Assembly: GCA_043228905.1 (NCBI GenBank)
Contig: JBHGNT010000016.1
Coordinates: 17,980,001-18,044,000, forward strand
Direction of reading: 5' to 3'
Origin: Azolla caroliniana
Taxonomy: Eukaryota; Plantae; Polypodiophyta
DNA length: 64,000 nt
The position numbers and the translations under genes were made by a program. Under the pieces are notes generated by a model. The model was given only the letters and a program-made list of their open reading frames with translations, ran no database searches and was not told the origin of the DNA. This document shows positions 22,651 to 36,400 of this stretch, in pieces (the stretch's first letter is position 1; the number at the start of each line of letters is the position of its first letter).

Positions 22651-23963
22651 ATGGAGTTTGCGAACCAGAGAGAGAGAGAGAGAGAAGCCTTGGCACACAA
22701 AACGACAGCACTTCGTCCTCGACTCTCCGCGATCCCTTCCCCCTTCTCGTCTCCCTCCTTTTATAGGCAAGGAAGGAGCCGTTTCCCTCCTTTACTTCCT
22801 ACCCACCGAATCTACCTTCCTAGGATCTTCTATGGACAACATTCGAGAAGAGCCGGTTCCTACGCTCCTGTGCACCGATTCCGCTTGTGGACGGTTTTCT
22901 TCGCGACAACGTGATAAATAGATCACCCTCAGTACCCTTGGAGGGAGACACGCCACAGAGAGTGTGGACCGGTAAGGAAGTATCCTACCGGCATCTGAAG
23001 GTGTTCGGGTGTCTCGCGTACGTGCATGTAGCTAAGGACCGGAGAGGAAAGCTAGATCCAAAGACCCGGCCATGCATATTCCTCGGTTACGGTGACGATG
23101 AGTTCGGCTACCGAGTGTGGGACCCGGTCGGCAAGAAGGTATTCCGGAGTCGAGATATTATCTTCATGGAGGACAAGACGCTCGCCGACTGGGAGTTGGA
23201 GAAGAAGATAATGAACTCTGAGTCGACTGGTAAGGATCGACTCTACGATGAGCAAACTCAACCGGCAAGAGACCGGTTAGCACTCGAGGAACCAGCAGGT
23301 TATGGTGAGGATACTGAACCGGCAGAAGAAGAAGTAGAGGAAACTGAGACCGGAACCGGCCAAGACCCTGAATCGGATTCGGATGAATAGCAAATGGAGG
23401 AGCCGGTTACCGAAGCTCGAAGACGTAGATATCCTCTCAGAGAGAGAAGGGCGCCCCAGAGATTTCTGGATGCAGAGCATGTTCTGCTGACCGATGGGGG
23501 GGAGCCGGAAAGCTTCGAAGAAGTGAAGGAAGACACCCACAGCCGAAAATGGTTAATTGCCATGCAGGATGAGATGGATTCCCTGCATGAGAACCATATG
23601 TACGAATTGGTGGAGTTGCCGAAAGGAAAGCGGGCACTCCGAAACAAGTGGGTGTACAAGTTGAAACCGGGAGATGCCGGCAACCACCCGAGATACAAAG
23701 CGAGGATCGTGGTGAAGGGGTTCCAGCAGAAGAAGGGCGTGGACTTCGACGAGATATTTGCCCCGGTAGTAAAGATGACCTCCATCCGGACGGTGCTGAG
23801 TATAGCAGCAAGCATGGACCTCGAGGTAGAGCAGCTGGACGTGAAGACGGCATTCCTTCACGACGACCTCGAAGAGGAGATCTACATGCAACAACCGGAA
23901 GGATTTGTGGAGAAAGGGAAGGAGCACCTGGTATGCCAGTTGAAGAAGAGCCTGTACGGACTG
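22651..23963 (+). repeat. Near-identical duplicate of 30094-31406 (LTR end plus 1055 bp of copia B)
   Basis: Constant offset of 7443; only about 3 substitutions seen. Confidence 0.95.
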
Positions 23964-24049
23964 TTTTCTTCACGACATCCGCCCCCACCTAACCGCGCAT
24001 CCACCGGCATGCGCCAAATTGAGTTGGGACGGAGAAAACCGGTCCAGCT

Positions 24050-27000
24050 TCATTCCCCATTCGTCGGTTCTTCCCCGGTTTCGGATCGTTCGTCGTCGCG
24101 GTCTAGGTCAACCGGATCCGGCTCGTCGTCGTGACGCTTCTTGAACGCTTTGATCCGCTTCCCCGCTACCGGTACCGCCATTCTCGTACCGTCGAGTTCC
24201 GACAGATGGTACGTCCCGTTGTCATTGGCGCTTTGTACCACGTAAGGCCCGAACCACCTTCTTGCGAACTTCCGCGTCGCTCGGTGCTGGTTGTCGAGGC
24301 TGTTGTCGTAGACTAGCACCCAGTCGCCTTCCTCGATCTTCTTCCGTCGGAGCCGGTGCGTTCGGTCGAACCGGGCTTTGTTCCTCATCCTTGCTTCCCG
24401 AAGCTTTTCCGCAGCCTGCTCCACGTCCTCCGGTCTTCGCTCGAGCTGTCGTATACGCGCCGCCAGCAGTTCCTCCCGGCTCATCTCGTCTCTCCACTCC
24501 ATGGTTGCCCATGAGGAGACCGTACGTTCCATCGGCATGACCGGCTTCTGCCCAAACATGAGTTCTGCCAGCATGAATCCGGTTACCGAACTGTGCGTAG
24601 TTCGGTCCGCCCACAACGCGTAAGGCAGCAGCCGCGGCCAGTTCCCGACTTGACCTCCGCATGCCCGAACTAACGCCTTGACGATCGGTCCGTGTCCGCG
24701 CTCCACCTTTCCATTCGCCTCCGGATTGTACACAGTGGTAAGCGAGAGCTTGACTCCTAGCCGGTCGAACAGTTCCTCGGTCTCTTCGGCGTCCAACTCC
24801 CCGCGATCAGCCACGATCTTCCCGACGCACCCGTATCGGCTTATCATGTCCTCAATCAGGAACCGACATACGACCGTGGTTGTTTTGTTCTGAAGGGCTC
24901 GGCCTTCCACCTGGTTAGTCAGATCTTCCCGAGCCAGGACCAGATACCACATCTGTCCTACTCCCATCGGCATCGTCACCAGATCTACCATCCATTTGAA
25001 GTGGATGGTCGGAGGGTACGTAGGGTGAAGCTCGTCCCGATGTCGGACTATGGAGTGCATCTGACAGCTCTCGCAAGTTGTCACGAACCGATGCACGTCC
25101 CGGTACAGTCCCGGCCACCAGTACTTCCCCTTTATCTTCTCGAACGTGGCCCACGTTCCACGGTGTCCGGCCCAAGGGTTGTCGTGGTAGGCCGTCAGCA
25201 GCTCCTCCTGTTCTTCCTTCATCGCCACCACCCGGAGCGGGACGCCGTCCCTCTTCTTCGGGTGCCTCCATAAGTATCCGTCCCGGAGAAAGAATCGGTA
25301 TGCTTTCTTCCGGATCCGGTTGGCCTCGTCCCTCGTCCATGACGCATCCGGCGTCATTGTCCTCAAAAACCCGCCGATCTGGAGCCACTCGCCGTCGTAC
25401 TTGCTCTGGTCGAAGTCGTTAAGTGCCGGAGTGCTCGTCCCATCGGTCGTCACGTACGCTGCCTCGAAGAAGTCCACGCCGACTTCTTCGTCCTCCGAAA
25501 CCATGCCGCCCTCGTCATCAAACCTCGCCCTCGAAAGCATGTCGGCCATGGCGTTGTCCTTTCTGGAAATGTGCCGTATTTCCGGATCCAGGGACTTGAT
25601 GTACGCTATCCACCTGAGCATCGCCAGGTCCGATGTCGCGCATCCGGAAACCATGCCGAGAATCGGTAGGCAATCCGTCTCGATAACCACTTCTGTCCCG
25701 ATCAGGTAGTCTTTGTCGGCCTTTACTGCCGAAACGATACCCCAGAGTTCGCGTTTAACCTGGGCGTACCCTCGCTGTCGCTCACTGAGGACCTTCGCGC
25801 CGAATCGGATCGGGAACCGAATGCCGTCCTTGTCTTCTTGATTGACAACCCATCCGATCCCGGTCGGGCTCGTATCCACCGTTATGTATACCGGGGTACC
25901 CCTCTCATAGACAACCTTCCGGAGCGCCGGTGCTGCCGCAAGAGCTTCCTTTAGCTTCCGGACTGACTCCGTGTGCTCGTCTCGCCACTCGAATTTTCGC
26001 CCCTTTTTCAGCAACCCGTATAGCGGCTCCGCAACGTGGGCGTAATGCGGGATCCATATGTGGTAGAACGCGCATGCCCCCAGGAACCTCCGAACTTCCG
26101 TAACCGAGCTACAATCGGTCTTCATCGTGGAGATGGCTTCTACCTTTGCCGGAGACGGCTTCCGGCCATATGGTCCACATAGGTGTCCGACCACCAGGAT
26201 TTCTGATTGCCCGAAGGCCGATTTCTCCCCGAAGAAGGTGAGCCTCGCATCCTCTAGCCTTTGTAGCACCTTCTCGCAGTCGTCGATGTGTGTTGCCACG
26301 AATCGCCGGCATCCGTCCGGCCCGACTGTCTCGTCCTTCTCTTCCACCGGACACCCCTTAATCGGGATGTCGTCCAGAAATGGCATGGTGATGTCCGGGA
26401 TGCAATCCCTCAGTACCTTGTTCATTGCATTCACCATGTGGGCCACCGAGTTGGTCCCTCCTTGTGGAGGGTACACATTCGCACTAGGCCGAGGGGCGTT
26501 CGCATTGTCGTAATGTCTCTGCTCTCCACGGCTAGCTGGAACTGGTCGTACCCCGAGTACAGATCACCGACCGAGTAAATCAACCTTCCGGCGAAGGCCT
26601 CCGTAAACTCGTCTATGGTCGGTCCGATTCCTGCATTCCGAATGGTCACTCTGTTGACCGGCTGCAGGTCTTGAATGAAGCGCAATGTTCCGTTTTTCTT
26701 CGGTACGGTAAACCATCGGTTCGAGTATGGCGCACTCGACGGTTCGAGAATACCCATATCGACTTTCTGCCTCAGTAGCTCCATCAACTCCGGGATGTGA
26801 GCTCTTGGTACCGGAATCGGCTTGAGATTCCACGGCACATGCGGTACCGTGAATATCACCATCGGCTCCACGATAGTCGGGTCTACGCACCCGATCTCTT
26901 CTGACGAGAATGCGAAGGCTTTCCCGTGCCTTCCGAGCATTCTCCGAAACCGGTCTTCCTCCGCTGGCAATAGGAACCCGCCCCCACCGATCTTGAGCTC

Positions 27001-29660
27001 CCGGAGCGTCCCGTCGGTGAAGGTGTGTCCTATGCAGGCCGGATCTCGGAAATTGGGGTCCGACGCAACCCCTCTGATTCGGGACTCGCTGCCCTCCGGT
27101 AAGGGTGCCGCGACTGGCCTTACCTTCCGGTCCACAGTCTTGTACTTCGTGCTAACTCGGGCCATCCGATCCGACCAGAGCTCCTGACTGAAGTCCTCGA
27201 TGACTTCGTACATCTCTTCGGAACATACCGGTATCGTCCGGTCTTCGTTAAGGTCTCCTCCGGCTACCTTCCTCAGCATTCCCAAGGTCTCGTCGAAGGA
27301 GACCGCCTCCACGGCTCCGCTGATTTCCTCGTCCGGGCCGAGAACTCCGCACGCTCGAAGTCGCACTTCCGCCCTTGCCTTCTCTCGGCCAACGATGTCG
27401 ACTACCATACGCCCTCCGTCGTTGGAGAAGCAAAACTTTCTATCTATCGTACAAGGTTTCTTCGGTTTCGGTTCTATCGTACAGCTGTGGGGTCTTTCCC
27501 GAGTGTCCGGACTGTCTCGGCCCCACGCCTTGGCAACCCTCTCTAAAAATCCTCCTGTTTCTCGCCACCGAGGGATTCGCGGTTTCGCTCGTGGTTCGGC
27601 CGCACCGTCAGAAATTGGACCGAATGGCGCCCGTCCTGGCTTTTGACCCTCGCGTAGGCCGAACTGTTGTCCAGCACCTTGGTCTCCATTCGCGCCGTCG
27701 TGATGTATGGTTCCCCCAATATGACCGGGTGCGAGGACGTCTCCTATACAAAGAAGTGCTGGTCAATCTCGACGTCGCCGATCTTGACTCGCACGTTCGG
27801 GCAGGCCCCATGCAGTTCCTCGGTGGCGCGCGTCGCCGCTCATATCTTCCACCCGTGCTTGGTGTTGATCGGCCACTTTCCCTTCTTATAGAAGTCCATG
27901 GACATTAGGTTTATTTCCGAACCGTGGTCCACCAGTGCTACCACTGGTTCCTGAACATCTCCGATCCTTACCGAGGTCTCCGTGGTCGCTCAGGCCCAGT
28001 GCGGCCTTGAATAGTGGCTATCTGCCCACTCATCTTTCAGCGCCATGTCGTCGATGTGCGTCGTCCGCACCTCCACCGGTCTCTCCGGTTCCGTCTCCGT
28101 CGACAACCTCTTCCACTTCACCAAGTCCACAATGGAGTCGTGGAACTCCTTCTTGGCGATCCCTAGCACCTCCCGCAAGGACAGCTCCACTTTGCTGTCG
28201 AGGATCCGTTCTTCTAGGACCTTCCGTAGGTCCGTAGTCCTTTCTATTTCCGTCCCCAGTCGGTATCCGCCCTTCCTGGGGTTATCTTGCGAGCTGGACC
28301 CACCGGCATCGTTCCGTCGCTGCCCGAATCGGGTCTCGTATCGTTGTGAGGGCCCAGCCGCTCCGGCTTTCCCCACTCGTCTGTCTTCTACCAGAGCCTC
28401 GTAGTTCCGGCAGGCGGCTTCTACGAAGCCCGTCTTCTCCTCGACCGGCTCGCTCCACCCGGTTATTTCCCGAAACCGTCTCTCAGCGCGGTCCGTTTCA
28501 TCTTTCCTCAACCGTGCGCCGTCGAGGCCTTCCAGCATTGCTGACCAGAATCCGTCTTTGCTCTCCTTTTGGGCCTCGCTGCCCCCGACCCGAATGCTTG
28601 CCGACGCCGAGTAGTGGATGGCCTCCACGTGTCGGGCCGCTGCCTCTTCCATCAGTCTCTTCATACCTCCTCGCCCGTCATTTCGGTTTAGGGCCCTTCT
28701 GGTGTCGCCGGCGTGCACCCGACTTTCCCACAGGTACACGACCCGGTTCCTCAACGCTTCTGCGAAATCGCCGCAGTCCTTCCGGATGTGGCCGACCTCG
28801 TCGCACCACATGCACCTGTTCCCTGCTACCGGCCGTTGGTCACGAGCCGGTTCGCCGCCTTCCCTTCGAGTCTGGGCGATCTGGAGATCCTTTATCGCCC
28901 GCGTCAACTCCTCCAGCGCTGCTCCTCCGGACGAGCCATTGACCATGCCGGTCGAAGCCGGACCGGTTTCGAGCCATTCCCGGGTTTCTTCCCTTCGCCC
29001 TTGCGGTGCCAGTTCAAGCCTCCTTGCTGTGACAGAACCCGCACCGGCCGCCCCGTTGTCAGTCCATTCTCGCCGTTTGTCGAAACGGCCACAGACTCTC
29101 TTAACCGCAGCCCAGTCGGTTGTCAGCCCGTCTTCGGTTTCCAACAAGGAGCCGACTTGATCCCGGTCCCGCTCGTCCACCGACTTTACGAACAGTAGGA
29201 CCCGGCTCCTATCCAGAACGGTTCGGTCAAGCGCCGAAAGGCGCACAAAGCGTTCTTCGAACTCCCGGAGGAGTGTCGACGCGTTTCTTCCTTTGCCGGG
29301 GCACTCCACCCACTCCATGAAGTCCCGTTTCGAAAGCCGGAGCATGTCGTCCAGCCCGTATTTTTCTAGGAGCCGACCTTTGAACTCCTCCCAGGTACGG
29401 CTCTCCGCCCGTACCTCGAGCACCTCCGCATGGGTGCTCGGCATCGCCACTCGAGGGAACCCGGCAAGATGCCTCTCTTCCGGTATGGCATCAGCATCTG
29501 TGCCCCGTAGGACGCCAAATACTTCGTGGCATCCTTTCCGCTGAACCGGCCGATCGTACCGACGACCGCCTCAATGGCTCTGTCGAGAGCGCCGGAGCCC
29601 TCGCGTGCGCTCAATATCCGATCCACAGCCGAAGCCATGGCCTCCGCAAGATCTGACCCT
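24050..29660 (-). pseudogene. G2 gag-pol (CCHC, PR, RT, RNase H, integrase; no chromodomain) with a few stops and frameshifts
   Basis: ORFs 27990-29450, 26431-27408 and 24050-26476. Motifs CMWCDEVGHIRKDC, DHGSEIN, FLDDIPIKG, DTSPTG, ANGKVER. Confidence 0.93.
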
Positions 29661-30351
29661 TTCATCTTCTGCTCTTCTGCCGCCTCTTTCACGTCGGGTT
29701 CACCAAGATGTCGTAGTATTCCTCGCGGATGCGTGGAATGAGGCGGGACCTCGGGGGTCTTGTACCGAAGAGCAAGAGAGAAAGGAGAAGGGAAGAGACC
29801 CACTAGGTGCGAGCGTAGATACACAGGGACACGGCCCTTCGACACGAAGACGCGAGCGGGAAACCAACACAGAGAGACACGAAGGAATGTATGTATATAT
29901 TAACAGAGACTAACAATGAAACACGGAAGCAACAAAACACGAAGTCGGTTACAACCAAACAGGCCGGCGAACAGATGTCGATGCCTGTTCGTAAACACAC
30001 AGAAAGATAGGAGTAGATTGGAGGTGCTGCCGGAAGCACTCGGGCATTCCTCAGAGCAGTGCGAGCCTCCCGAAACCTGCACAGAAGGCATCTATGGAGT
30101 TTGCGAACCAGAGAGAGAGAGAGAGAGAAGCCTTGGCACACAAAACGACAGCACTTCGTCCTCGACTCTCCGCGATCCCTTCCCCCTTCTCGTCTCCCTC
30201 CTTTTATAGGCAAGGAAGGAGCCGTTTCCCTCCTTTACTTCCTACCCACCGAATCTACCTTCCTAGGATCTTCTATGGACAACATTCGAGAAGAGCCGGT
30301 TCCTACGCTCCTGTGCACCGATTCCGCTTGTGGACGGTTTTCTTCGCGACA

Positions 30352-32516
30352 ACGTGATAAATAGATCACCCTCAGTACCCTTGGAGGGAGACACGCCACA
30401 GAGAGTGTGGACCGGTAAGGAAGTATCCTACCGGCATCTGAAGGTGTTCGGGTGTCTCGCGTACGTGCATGTAGCTAAGGACCGGAGAGGAAAGCTAGAT
30501 CCAAAGACCCGGCCATGCATATTCCTCGGTTACGGTGACGATGAGTTCGGCTACCGAGTGTGGGACCCGGTCGGCAAGAAGGTATTCCGGAGTCGAGATA
30601 TTATCTTCATGGAGGACAAGACGCTCGCCGACTGGGAGTTGGAGAAGAAGATAATGAACTCTGAGTCGACTGGTAAGGATCGACTCTACGATGAGCAAAC
30701 TCAACCGGCAAGAGACCGGTTAGCACTCGAGGAACCAGCAGGTTACGGTGAGGATACTGAACCGGCAGAAGAAGAAGTAGAGGAAACTGAGACCGGAACC
30801 GGCCAAGACCCTGAATCGGATTCGGATGAATAGCAAATGGAGGAGCCGGTTACCGAAGCTCGAAGACGTAGATATCCTCTCAGAGAGAGAAGGGCGCCCC
30901 AGAGATTTCTGGATGCAGAGCATGTTCTGCTGACCGATGGGGGGGAGCCGGAAAGCTTCGAAGAAGCGAAGGAAGACACCCACAGCCGAAAATGGTTAAT
31001 TGCCATGCAGGATGAGATGGATTCCCTGCATGAGAACCATATGTACGAATTGGTGGAGTTGCCGAAAGGAAAGCGGGCACTCCGAAACAAGTGGGTGTAC
31101 AAGTTGAAACCGGGAGATGCCGGCAACCACCCGAGATACAAAGCGAGGATCGTGGTGAAGGGGTTCCAGCAGAAGAAGGGCGTGGACTTCGACGAGATAT
31201 TTGCCCCGGTAGTAAAGATGACCTCCATCCGGACGGTGCTGAGTATAGCAGCAAGCATGGACCTCGAGGTAGAGCAGCTGGACGTGAAGACGGCATTCCT
31301 TCACGGCGACCTCGAAGAGGAGATCTACATGCAACAACCGGAAGGATTTGTGGAGAAAGGGAAGGAGCACCTGGTATGCCAGTTGAAGAAGAGCCTGTAC
31401 GGACTGAAGCAGGCTCCCCGGCAATGATACCGGAAGTTCGACTCCTTCATGACCGATCAAGGGTACCACAAGACGCAGGCCGATCACTGCGTGTTTGTGA
31501 AGAAGTTTGAAGGAGGGGACTTCCTGATACTCCTCCTGTATGTGGATGACATGTTGATCGTCGGACGAGACCAAGTCAAAATACGGATGCTGAAGAAGAC
31601 TCTCAACCGGACCTTCTCAATGAAAGACTTGGGTCCGGCAAGACAGATGTTGGGGATGCACATCATTCGGGACCGGTCAGTGAAGCAATTATGGCTGTCA
31701 CAGGAGAAGTATGTGACAAAGGTGCTTCACCGGTTTAACATGTCAGAAGCAAAACCGGTCGGATCGACACTTCCGGCAAACTGCAAGCTGTCCGGTAAGC
31801 AAAGCCCGAAGACGAAAGCAGAGAAGGCGGATATGATGAAGATTCCATATGCCTCTGCCGTCGGGAGCTTGATGTACGCAATGGTTTGTACCCGACCAGA
31901 CATAGAATACGCAGTCGGAGTGGTGAGCCGGTTTATGAGCAATCCCGGCAAGGAGCACTGGAACGCGGTCAAATGGATACTCCGGTATTTGAAGGGCACT
32001 TCAAATATGTGTCTCCAATTCGGCTCCGGAAAACCTTAACTGGACGGTTTCACCGATTCGGACATGTTGGCTGATGTGGATACCAGCCGGTCTACATCCG
32101 GGTATGTAATGACATATGCAAGGGGAGCTGTTTCGTGGCAGTCGAGGCTGCAGAAGACGGTTGCATTGTCAACCACGGAGGCAGAGTACATGGCGGCTGT
32201 GGAAGCCGGCAAGGAAATTTTATGGATGAAGGACTTCATCGGAGAGCTCGGTAAACAGAAAGAGGAATACCAACTCTATTGCGATAGTCAAAGTGCCATC
32301 CACCTTGCTAAGAATGCGGCCTACCATTCCCGGACGAAGCATATCCAGCGGAGGTATCACTGGATCCGGGAAAGAGTAGATGACCAAGAGTTCGCACTGA
32401 CGAAGATCCACACGACCGAGAACGGGTCAGATATGTTGACCAAAGTGTTGACACCCGACAAGCTGAACGCATCCCGGAAGAAGATCGGACTGGTAAGACA
32501 CCCCATGCCGGAGTGA
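30352..32516 (+). pseudogene. Copia B integrase C-terminus, RT and RNase H
   Basis: [27 protein letters not shown]; three in-frame stops. Confidence 0.93.
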
Positions 32517-32619
32517 AGGGGGAGTTTGTTGGGAAACAGGTCCCTCCGGATGGGAAGGAAGAAGAACAGTGCCAATGAACAAACTCGGCCGAGGCCGAAA
32601 TCGTATGAGGAGGACCCGA

Positions 32620-32932
32620 CTATGGAGAGCCGGATGGTACAGACCCGGTATGAACCGGATGAGGAGTACCTGGCTACGGAGAGCCGGATGGTGCAAACCC
32701 GGTATGAACCGGATGAGGAGTACCCGGATATGGAGAGCCGGATGGTGCAAGCCCGGTATGAACCGGATGAGGAGTACCCGGCTACGGAGAGCCGGATGGT
32801 GCAGGCCCGGTATGAACCGGATGAGGAGTACCCGGCTACGGAGAGCCGGATGGTGCAAGCCCGGTATGAACCGGATGAGGAGTACCCGGCTACGGAGAGC
32901 CGGATGGTACAGACCCGGTGAGAACCGGATGA
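32620..32932 (+). repeat. 54-bp tandem repeat array in the copia B 3' LTR
   Basis: About 5.5 units, translating as repeated ESRMVQARYEPDEEYPAT. Confidence 0.93.
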
Positions 32933-33402
32933 AGAGAAATATTCGTAAATATGTTTCTGAGAGCCCATTGAGGCTACATTTGTAAATAGCCGAAAAGTCA
33001 TATTAGTATAAATATGACTTAGGGCAAACTTTTAGCAACTGTTGTTGTTGTCATTTTTTCCTTTGTTGGTGCAAGAGGAAGAGAGAGCACGTAATAGTGT
33101 ACAGAGAGAGAGAGAGAGAAAGAGGTCGTTGCCTCTGTTGTAACCGCCGCGTGTGGCGAAGATCTGTGAGCATGAGGTCGTTGCCTCAGTGAACTCACTG
33201 TTGTACATTCTCACATAGTGACAGTTTGCAGCCTGTGGGCTGCCGTGGTTTTTCCCCTAGTTTGGGGTTTTCCACGTAAACCTCCTGTGTATTATTATTT
33301 TTCTTCTCCATTGTGTCGTGCATTTGTTTCCCGTTTTCTGCGTATGAAAAGAAGCTCGGTTGTGGCCGAGTGTTGGACAAAAGGAGCCTTGAGTTCCCGT
33401 CA

Positions 33403-36400
33403 TTTTATTGCCGACACGACACCCCATAGTTCTCTTTTAACTTTGCCTTCCGTTGAGAACCTTTGCTCTGAATTGAATCGGGCATTGTGAACCATCTTAG
33501 TCGACTTGGTTGATGACCCATCCGATCCCGGTTGGACTTGTATCAACCGTTACTATGATCGATCGGTCATAGTTCGTCTTCTTAAGTGCTTCTACCCTCC
33601 GTAGTATTTTCTTGAGCTTCTTCATGGCTTCGGTATGTTCCGATCTCCATTCGAACTTCTTACCCTTCCGCAACAAGTGATAGAGTGGGTCTGCAATGTG
33701 TGCATATTGTGGAATCCATATGCAATAAAATGCACATGCACCGAGAAACCTATGGATTTCGGATTGTGACTCACATATTTCTTTCATAGCTTGAATTGCA
33801 TCGATCTTGACTGGTGACGGTCTCCGGACGTAGGCCCCACATAGATGTCCAACGACCAATATCTCTTCTTGTCCGAATTGGAGAGTGTTAAGTCCACATC
33901 TTCTAACTTCTGTAGCACTTTCTCACAGTCGTGAATATGGTCAACGGTCTTGTATTTCGTACATACCATTGTTTCTTCTTTGCGGAACACATCCGGCCCC
34001 ATTTCCCCAATGATCTCGTACATCTCGACCGATTCCATCGGAACTACCCAATTTTCTTGGCTATTCTCTTCCGCAAGCTCATCAAGTCATTGTAGTGTGC
34101 TGTCGTAGAACACTTGTTCGACTACTCCCATGATTTCTTCGTCTTCTTTTATGATTTATGCAGACCATAGCTCATCATGCATCTTCCAGAATTCTTTCCT
34201 CATTACTCTGGTCACGGCCATATACGTAGATGCCCCATACAGACTGATTCATACTTGCTTCACTCTGAGAGCTTTCTGCCTATGTGGGGTATCAGGGATT
34301 CTCGGACTATCATGTTCCCACTCCACAAAAATCCGCTTTAAAAATCCATTTTTGTTTGGGACAAGACCTCTCTCTTGTTCCTTTCATGATTCGATGGCAC
34401 AGTCAGGAATTAAACAGTTTTATCTCCCCTTTAGCGCCAAATCCGGGCAAAAGCCACTCCGCTATCGAGCACCTTTGTTTCCATCCGTGAAGCAGTGATA
34501 AAGGGTTGCCCAAGGATTATGGAATGTGAGATCTCATCTTGCACGAAGAAATTTTGGTCAATCTCCACATCTCTGATCTTCACCGTCACATCGGGACAAG
34601 CTACAAATAGGTCTTCCGTTGCTTTAGTGGTTGCATGGATCTTCCATCCATGACTAGTGTTAATAGGCCACTTTCCCTTTCAGTAGAAATCCCTAGACAT
34701 TAGATTGATCTCCGATCCAGGATCAATCAACACAACTACGGGCTCTTTGATGTTTCCAATTCAGACCGAAGTCTCCGTAGTTGCTCGTGCCCAATGTGAC
34801 TTTGTGTAGTGAGAGTTTGGAATCTCATCCTCCACTTTCATGTCGTTCATTAGAATGGTATTTTCATTCACCCTTGGATCATTTGATTCCTCCGTAACTT
34901 GCCTCTTTCTTTTCACGAGATCCACGAGGACATCATGGAACTCTTTCTTTGCTATTCCGAGCAATTCCCTGAGAGAAAATTCCACCCGACTATCAAGGAT
35001 TCTTTCTTCGAACACCTTTAGATCTGTCTGTTGTTCGATGTCCAAGGCAAGTTTGAATGCTAGAGTTGTTTTTCCTTTTCCTTTCCCTTCGGAATTCCAA
35101 CTCTCTAGCGTCTTCGATGGTCCGATCGGATCATCTGTGCGTCTTCATTTCTCATCTACATAGACCTCATGTAATTGACATAAGTCGTATACGCTATTTT
35201 TATCTACGGGACACTCCCATCTCGTAGCTTCTCGGATGCCTTACGCGATGCTCCGGATTTCATCAGAGTCGGTTTTCTCGGAGATTTCTAGCACTTCCGG
35301 TTAGAAAGATGACTTCCCTCTAGATGTCTCTCCCACACATATTCCCGCAGTTGTCGCATAATTCCTTTTTGCCACCATCTCCTCCTCTAGGACCTTCTTC
35401 ATGCTGTCTTTTTGGAAGTTCGATCGAAGGGGCTTCCAAGAATCCATTGAATAGATCCGATTTCCCTCGTAGTAGATGAGATTCCATCATAGAGCCCCCT
35501 TGTGCTCATCACAATCTTTCCGATCCTGATCGGTGCTATCACACCATATGCATCAACGGTTTATATATTTGGAACTTATGGGATAGTCTTTTGACTTCTT
35601 CACCATCGCGATTTTGAGATTCTCCATCTCCTTCAGCAACTGCTCCACCGTGGTTGCATCAATTCCCTTCTCGGTCGTAGTCTCCCGAGCCCATGGTTTA
35701 TGGTCTTCTAATCCGGCTCTTGGTCTCGGAATTGGTTCTGAAACCCTCTTTTCTCCATTACTGAGCCATTGCCCCCTCTGTGTATTGGCTGACGATGTCT
35801 CGCACATTTTCCCATGTATTGATGAGGCCACTCTCAGTAGTCATATCCTCTAGAAGCTCTTCAAGATCTTTTTGGTCCCAGACATCCATGGCTCGTAAGA
35901 ACATGATCACTTTGTCCGGTGCGAGGATAGCTTGATCTCTTGCGGACAGCCTCCCCAATCGACTTTTGAATGTTAAAAACACATCGAGGACCTTCAGCCC
36001 CTTGTCTGGTGTTTCTACCCAATCTTTGCCTTGGAGGAGTCCTCGATAGCAAACGTAGTCTTCAACGTTGTCGTAGTGTATTTCATACACTACATGAAAA
36101 TAAAAGAAAATAACCGATTGAATAAATATGAAGAAAAAGAAGAAGAAGAAAATACCAAAATAAGCATTACATGCATAGGGCAAGATTCAAACCTTGCACC
36201 TCCATGTTAATAATGTAATCTCTTACCATTACACTAGCATTTCATTCATGTTAAAAAGTAGATGTCCCACATAAAAAAGGTAAGTTCACGTAGGATAAAC
36301 TTTAGTTAAAAGAAAAAACGCATGCTAAAAGAAAAAAGGCTACGCATGCACATCTAGCGTGCATGAATGCTATAGTTGATAAAAAACGCACAAGTTAGAA

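Larger units (their letters stand above)
22282..30351 (-). mobile_element. G2: Trp-primed non-chromoviral gypsy element inserted in the copia B integrase
   Basis: 5' LTR at 29709-30351. 18-nt Trp PBS at 29688-29705. PPT at 23978-23988. Rearranged 3' LTR at 22282-22908 plus 23964-23977. Right flank ACGT. Confidence 0.92.
19556..33402 (+). mobile_element. Copia B, interrupted by G2
   Basis: LTRs at 19556-20462 and 32527-33402. Met PBS TGGTATCAGAGC at 20465. PPT at about 32515-32524. Order gag-PR-INT-RT-RH. No TSD. Confidence 0.93.

Noticed and set aside
22651-23963. Simple assembly duplication
   Set aside because: The copies carry private substitutions, a microhomology junction and a surviving original LTR tip. 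Read confirmation is still needed.
24131-29544. Many overlapping plus-strand ORFs
   Set aside because: These are shadow ORFs of GC-rich G2 coding sequence with no recognisable motifs.
29688-29705. tRNA-Trp gene fragment
   Set aside because: It is the 18-nt primer binding site of G2, including the CCA complement.
32620-32932. CRISPR-like array or repeat-protein gene
   Set aside because: The units are head-to-tail 54-mers without unique spacers, lie inside a copia LTR, and have no cas genes nearby. The ORFs arise from a stop-free repeat.
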